From: Lama guanicoe
Taxonomy: Eukaryota
Length of the DNA stretch: 64,000 nucleotides
Direction: 5' to 3'
Assembly: GCA_013239625.1 (NCBI GenBank)
Contig: MU053881.1
Location: 6,967,957 to 7,031,956 of the forward strand
Shown: in pieces, positions 59,401-64,000 of the stretch
Position numbering within the stretch: position 1 is the first letter of the stretch
Layout of the letters: each line of letters begins with the position of its first letter
The notes under the pieces: model-generated
The model's database searches: none
The model's input: the letters and a program-made list of their open reading frames with translations, nothing else
What the model was told of the DNA's origin: nothing
Position numbers and translations under genes: made by a program

Positions 59401-62400
59401 AGGGGGAGCCCAGCACTCGGCACTTGCTCTCTGTTTTGGCTTGGCAGAGGTGCATTCCCGCCTCCCCAGCCGCTCCAGCCCTCCTGTTTACCCTGAAAAT
59501 AGCCAAATGCTCCACATTGTCATTTAGAGGCCAGGGGGCAGCTGCCTCAGGGCACCAGGCGGCCCAGGCTTGTTTGAGCTGTCCCGGGACCTGCTGCCTG
59601 CACACGCGCCTGGAACCCATTTGCCTAGGAATTAATGGGCCCCCACGCCCCTGCCCTGTGCAGACACGAGCCGAGCCGGGGAGGCAGCCAGGGAAGGGGT
59701 GGGGAGGAGGTGTGGGGAGGGGGTGCTGCTGGGCTCTGCCTGACTCAGCTCCTCAGGAGCCCTGTGACCTTGAGCCTCTGGGGCCTGATGGCTCACCTTC
59801 CCCATCAGTAGCTGCCCTTCCAGAATCCCAGAAAGCAGCAGATTCATGGACACAGGAGAGTCTGGTGAGGCATCTCCTGCGGCCTCGGCAGTGGGACAAC
59901 AATACCAGTATTTAACATTTACTGTAGTTAGAAGTGTTCAGCACCCGGCATTGAACCAACTCTTTGAAAACCTGTCACTGATGGGTAATGTACTTTCAGA
60001 AAAGCGTACCAATTATAAATGTTTTGCTCAATGAATTTTCACACACCAAACATGCGTGTGCAAATAGCACCCCGATCAAAAAGCAGAAAAGTCCCCAGCA
60101 CTCCAGAGAAAGCCCCCTACACCCCGTCCGGCTGCTGACTGCCGTCTGACTTGCACCATGTTTTTTAGTTCTCCCCCCAGCTCCATGAGACATTTCCAAT
60201 TTTATAGATGAAGGAGCAGGGGTTCAGAGTGGTCCATCCCACCAGCTTGCGACTGGGCCAAGGTTGGAACCCAGGCCCTTTGTCTCCAGAGCCCACGTGT
60301 TGATCGCTGTGCTGGGGACAGGGGTAGACATGGCTGAGGTCCAGAGATGGTCTAGTAGCATGTGTCCCCGGTGTCTTCCAGCCCCTTCCCAGGTGTAAAT
60401 GCTGTGTTATTTCTCTTCTGTCTTCCCCAGACCATGCGGAAAGGGACTGTGTCGTTTCTGGCCATGCAAAGGCCTGCTCAGTGTCCGGTACACTGCAGGG
60501 GGTGCGTAAATATTTGTCAGTTGACTGACTGACTGAATCAGTGGAAGAATGGAAAAGAAGGAAGAAACAGAGAAGAAGGGAGAGAGGAAGAGAGGGAGAA
60601 AGAGGAAGAGCAAGCCCTTGCCCCAAGTTCTGGACTTTCCTCTCTGACCAGCCTCCCGCGCATCTCGCTACCAGGACCCCTGCCCATCACGGGATCAGAA
60701 GCTTCAGGCCACTATCCTCTTTCCTTGCTCATATGCAAGGAAGCCTGGGAAAGGCAACATCCAGCACTTCCAGTTTCTATGATGGGAAGTGGCTCTGTCT
60801 GCGGGGAAGAAGCAGGTGTGGCTTTCGGGAGAATGGCTACTGGAAGGGTAATGGATAGGAGTTGGCACAGTTGGCAAAGAAGAGTTGCCCACCAGTACAC
60901 TTCTGCAGCTGTCTCGTATGTGGACACGGACTGAGGTAGCCATGGGGAGCTCCTTTCATCCCCGTCCCTTCCCGTCCACGTATGGAAGGGGGACTTAAGC
61001 ACAGAGAATCTCTCACTACAAAAACTGGTTGTCTTGAGCATCTGCAATATGCCTGTTTCTGTGCTGAGCCCCTAATCTATTGTTTCATGTGGCCGCACAA
61101 CAATGCCCATTTTACAGATGAGGAAGCTGAGGCTCAGAGGGGTGAAGAAACTTGTCCAAGTTCACACAGGTGGAATAAAAAGAAACTGGAGTTGAAACCT
61201 TGTTCTCTGACACCAGACCCGCCCCCTTGGAAGTTGTAACTAAATTGCCCCAACTTAAAGGCGCTGGGGCTCCAACTCTAGAGCCTGTGAGCTGGAGCAT
61301 GAATTCTGTTAGCATCTCCCTGGCTTAAGGCCAAGCAGGCATTGTCCCCATTTGCCCACCTGGCCTGGCCTCAGCTGATCCCGAATCTAAGTTCTGTCTC
61401 CTGATTGGCTCCTTTGCTCCTACTGGTAACTTTCTTTGTGGGTGTGTTTGGGGGCTGGAAGGGGGAGGTCAAGTCTACCTTTCACCTTCAGGAGTGCCTG
61501 CCTCCAGGCAGCTCAGACCCACGGCTACTGCGAGCCCCTGCTCTGCCCCCGGCAGTCCTCAGAAGGCGCAGGGACAATCAGACCCGATCTTGGAATCACC
61601 GACATGGAAAATCCAGGGGAACAGATCCTGTTGGCTCTGGGCCGGTGTAGCGATCACCGCTCCCACCCCCAAGTTCTGGCTGGCTGGCCCCCACCCTGGG
61701 GCGCAGGCACAGGCTGGGGAGGGCGAGGGTGCCGCAAGAGGGTGAGGGAGCAGGGTGCCCTGCGCTCCACACAGACACGCCCACGCCGGCCCCAGCAGCC
61801 CCTCTGCTAGAACAAACCTGTTCCCCTCCCCATCAAGAAAACCCACTGGACAGAGCGAGGTTGTGCCTGCCAGATAAACACAGTTAAGCCTGTTGTGCGT
61901 TTTCCCTAGGATAAAAGCCGTCAGACAACCCCAGTCTCCAGGGCCAGGCTCTTTGGGAAGGGACCCCCTCCTCTAACTAGCCCCTGTAAGAAAATTCTGG
62001 CCCAGGGAAGAGCTGCCAGATAAACAGTAAGCCATTAGCTGCATCTTATCCATCTCACTCTCCCACCCCCTTCTCTGGATCTGAAATGCCCTTATGGGAA
62101 GGATGCTCATGTTCGTACCATGGAGTCCTATTTAAGGGAAGGAAGTTGGTCACCCCACCAAGATTTCTGGAGCCCCTGCCATGGGCTCACGCTGCGCTCC
62201 CCAGCCTGGATCACTGCACATGCCTAGACTTGTTTCCATCCATCTATTCACTCTTCCACCCAACAAGCATTTGCAAGACACTATTTAGGAGGTGGTGCCA
62301 ATAGGACTGGATGAGGGATAAGACGGGGGTGGATGGTGAGGCAGAGAGGGTCTAAAGTGATGCCCATCCACGCTTCTGCACTGGGCAACTGGGTGGGTGT

Positions 62401-62595
62401 TGGGAGGTCTTCCCCGATGATGAAGAAATGCTAAGAGAGAGGGCTGACTCACCAGGTCACCCACAAGTCAGTGCAGCTGGAGTGGTTCTCAGCTTCCCGT
62501 TCAGGCACTCCATCAGAAGACGACGGGCTTGGGGTGTTGGTGGGGAGAGGGCTGCTGTTGGCTTAGGAGAGGAGAAAGATGCTGTCCCCTTAGAG

Positions 62596-62806
62596 CAGTG
62601 GCTTCAACTGGGGGTTCCCCGCCTGGGGACATTTATCAATGTCAGGAGACAATTTTGGTTGTCACAACTTAAGGGACGGGCTGCTACTGGCATCCAGGGG
62701 GCAGAAGAAAGGGTGTGCCAAACGTCCTACGGTGCACAGGACAGCCCCCTACTGAAGACTGATGTGGCCCCCAAATGCCCACAGTGCTGAGGTCCTGAAA
62801 CCCCTC
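62596..62806. mobile_element. MER20 hAT-Charlie DNA transposon
   Basis: cagtggcttcaactgggg...ggggacatttatcaatgtcaggagacaattttggttgtcacaac...gctactggcatc...gtgcacaggacagcccc...gtgctgagg matches MER20 as I recall it. Confidence 0.85.
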
Positions 62807-64000
62807 ACTAGAGAAGCTGAAGAGCAAAGTTCACTCATGGCGGCTGTGGAGCCAGATGCTCTGGTTCAAATCTCAGCTCTACCACTTAGAGCCTGTCTAG
62901 TCACGCGCAAGTCATTGAGCTGCTCTGTGTCTCACGTTCAAGGAGATAATGTCTGTCAAGCACTTTGCATAATGCCTAGTGTCCAGGATATAAGCATTTA
63001 GTAGAAGATGAACAGTCTCTAAGCTTGTTCACCCATCAACTCAGATGGCCGCCCCATGGGAGCGTGAGGGAGCTGAACTTCACCTGTACCTGCTCAGCTC
63101 TGGACTCCAATGTGACACCTTTATGTAAGTTGGTTGATCACAGTTGTCACCATTGAGCTCCTGCAGTCTGCAAGGCACCATGCAAAGTGTCTTACATGCA
63201 TTAACTCATGTCACCCTCCTAAAACCCTGTCAAGGTAGGGATTTTATTCCCATTTTACAAGTGGGAAAACTGAGGCTCAGAGAAGTTGTGTGCTAGGCAC
63301 GGGGACTGCATGGAAGGGTAAGGCTTATCTGTAATCCCTAGGACCTCAGTTCACTTAGGGAGACAGGAAAATAAATCAATGCTATGATGTAACAACAGAA
63401 AGTGTAATTTCCACTCCATGTCATCTGTCATGCATTTGACAATTAATTAATGAGCCTCTACTGTGAGCCAGGCGCTATCTCCGTCACCTGGTTCCTGCCT
63501 TCAAATAGCTCACAGTCTGGTGGGAGAGACAGATCACAGAGTAACACAAGCTCTGTACAGCCGCCAGCATCCCCCTTACGTGGCGTTTCCCCAGTGCCAG
63601 GTACTAACATGCTTTGGCTCATTTAACCTTAAAATTTGTCATGACAAGGTAGTGTTGCATTTTACTGTCTGGGGGTGAGCTTTTGAAAGATTGATTAAGG
63701 AACTTGACCAAAGTGTTGCAGTTGGTTTGTGGTGGAGCCAAGTAGGGGAGCCCTGGTCTTTCTGATCCCAGAATTCAAGGTCTTAACCACTTGGAGGGAA
63801 TTCCCTTTTCCACAGGGACCACCTGCTCACACAGCTGGCACCCAGTTCCTACCGCCTTCTGTCTGTTTCCCCTAGACAGCCCTTTGAACTTCACCCTCCT
63901 GGAAGTGATCAGTAATCAGCCCTGGGCTCCATCAACACTGGGGAGGGGAGCCCATTCATAGTTTCAAGATGTTGGGAACCTGAGAGGTGGCAGCTTGAAT

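Noticed and set aside
59015..59915. Overlapping 201-aa (-) and 212-aa (+) ORFs
   Set aside because: GC-rich sequence, non-ATG starts and no domain similarity. Likely chance.
20500..64000. FOXI1 or another known protein-coding gene
   Set aside because: I saw no forkhead-domain or other recognisable coding exon. FOXI1 is only expected beyond the window from recalled synteny.
1..64000. Prokaryotic-type systems (CRISPR arrays, operons, rRNA)
   Set aside because: The sequence is clearly mammalian (spliced genes, SINE/LINE/LTR content). No regularly spaced repeat array was seen.

Overview
Mammalian genomic DNA, not prokaryotic. A tRNA-derived SINE of the Vic-1 type suggests a camelid. Positions 1-12 kb hold the last seven coding exons of LCP2 (SLP-76) on the + strand, including a 13-nt microexon and the SH2 domain, followed by the 3' UTR. 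A convergent small gene, the C5orf58 ortholog (two coding exons, 79 aa), lies on the - strand at 13.7-18.4 kb with a CpG-island promoter at about 19.5-20.3 kb. From about 20.5 kb to the end I recognise no known protein-coding gene. This stretch is rich in MIR, L2, L1, hAT and ERV LTR remnants, including an LTR nested in another LTR with both target-site duplications still visible. By recalled human synteny (not checked) it is the interval leading towards LINC01187 and FOXI1. The most interesting unexplained signal is at 42-46.7 kb: a TATA/forkhead-motif promoter-like segment followed by a chain of well-formed + strand exons. This may be an unannotated spliced lncRNA (possibly the LINC01187 ortholog), and one splice path keeps a 53-codon ORF open. 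Several candidate enhancer motif clusters are also noted. Repeat family names and ortholog sequences come from memory, and most repeat boundaries are approximate.
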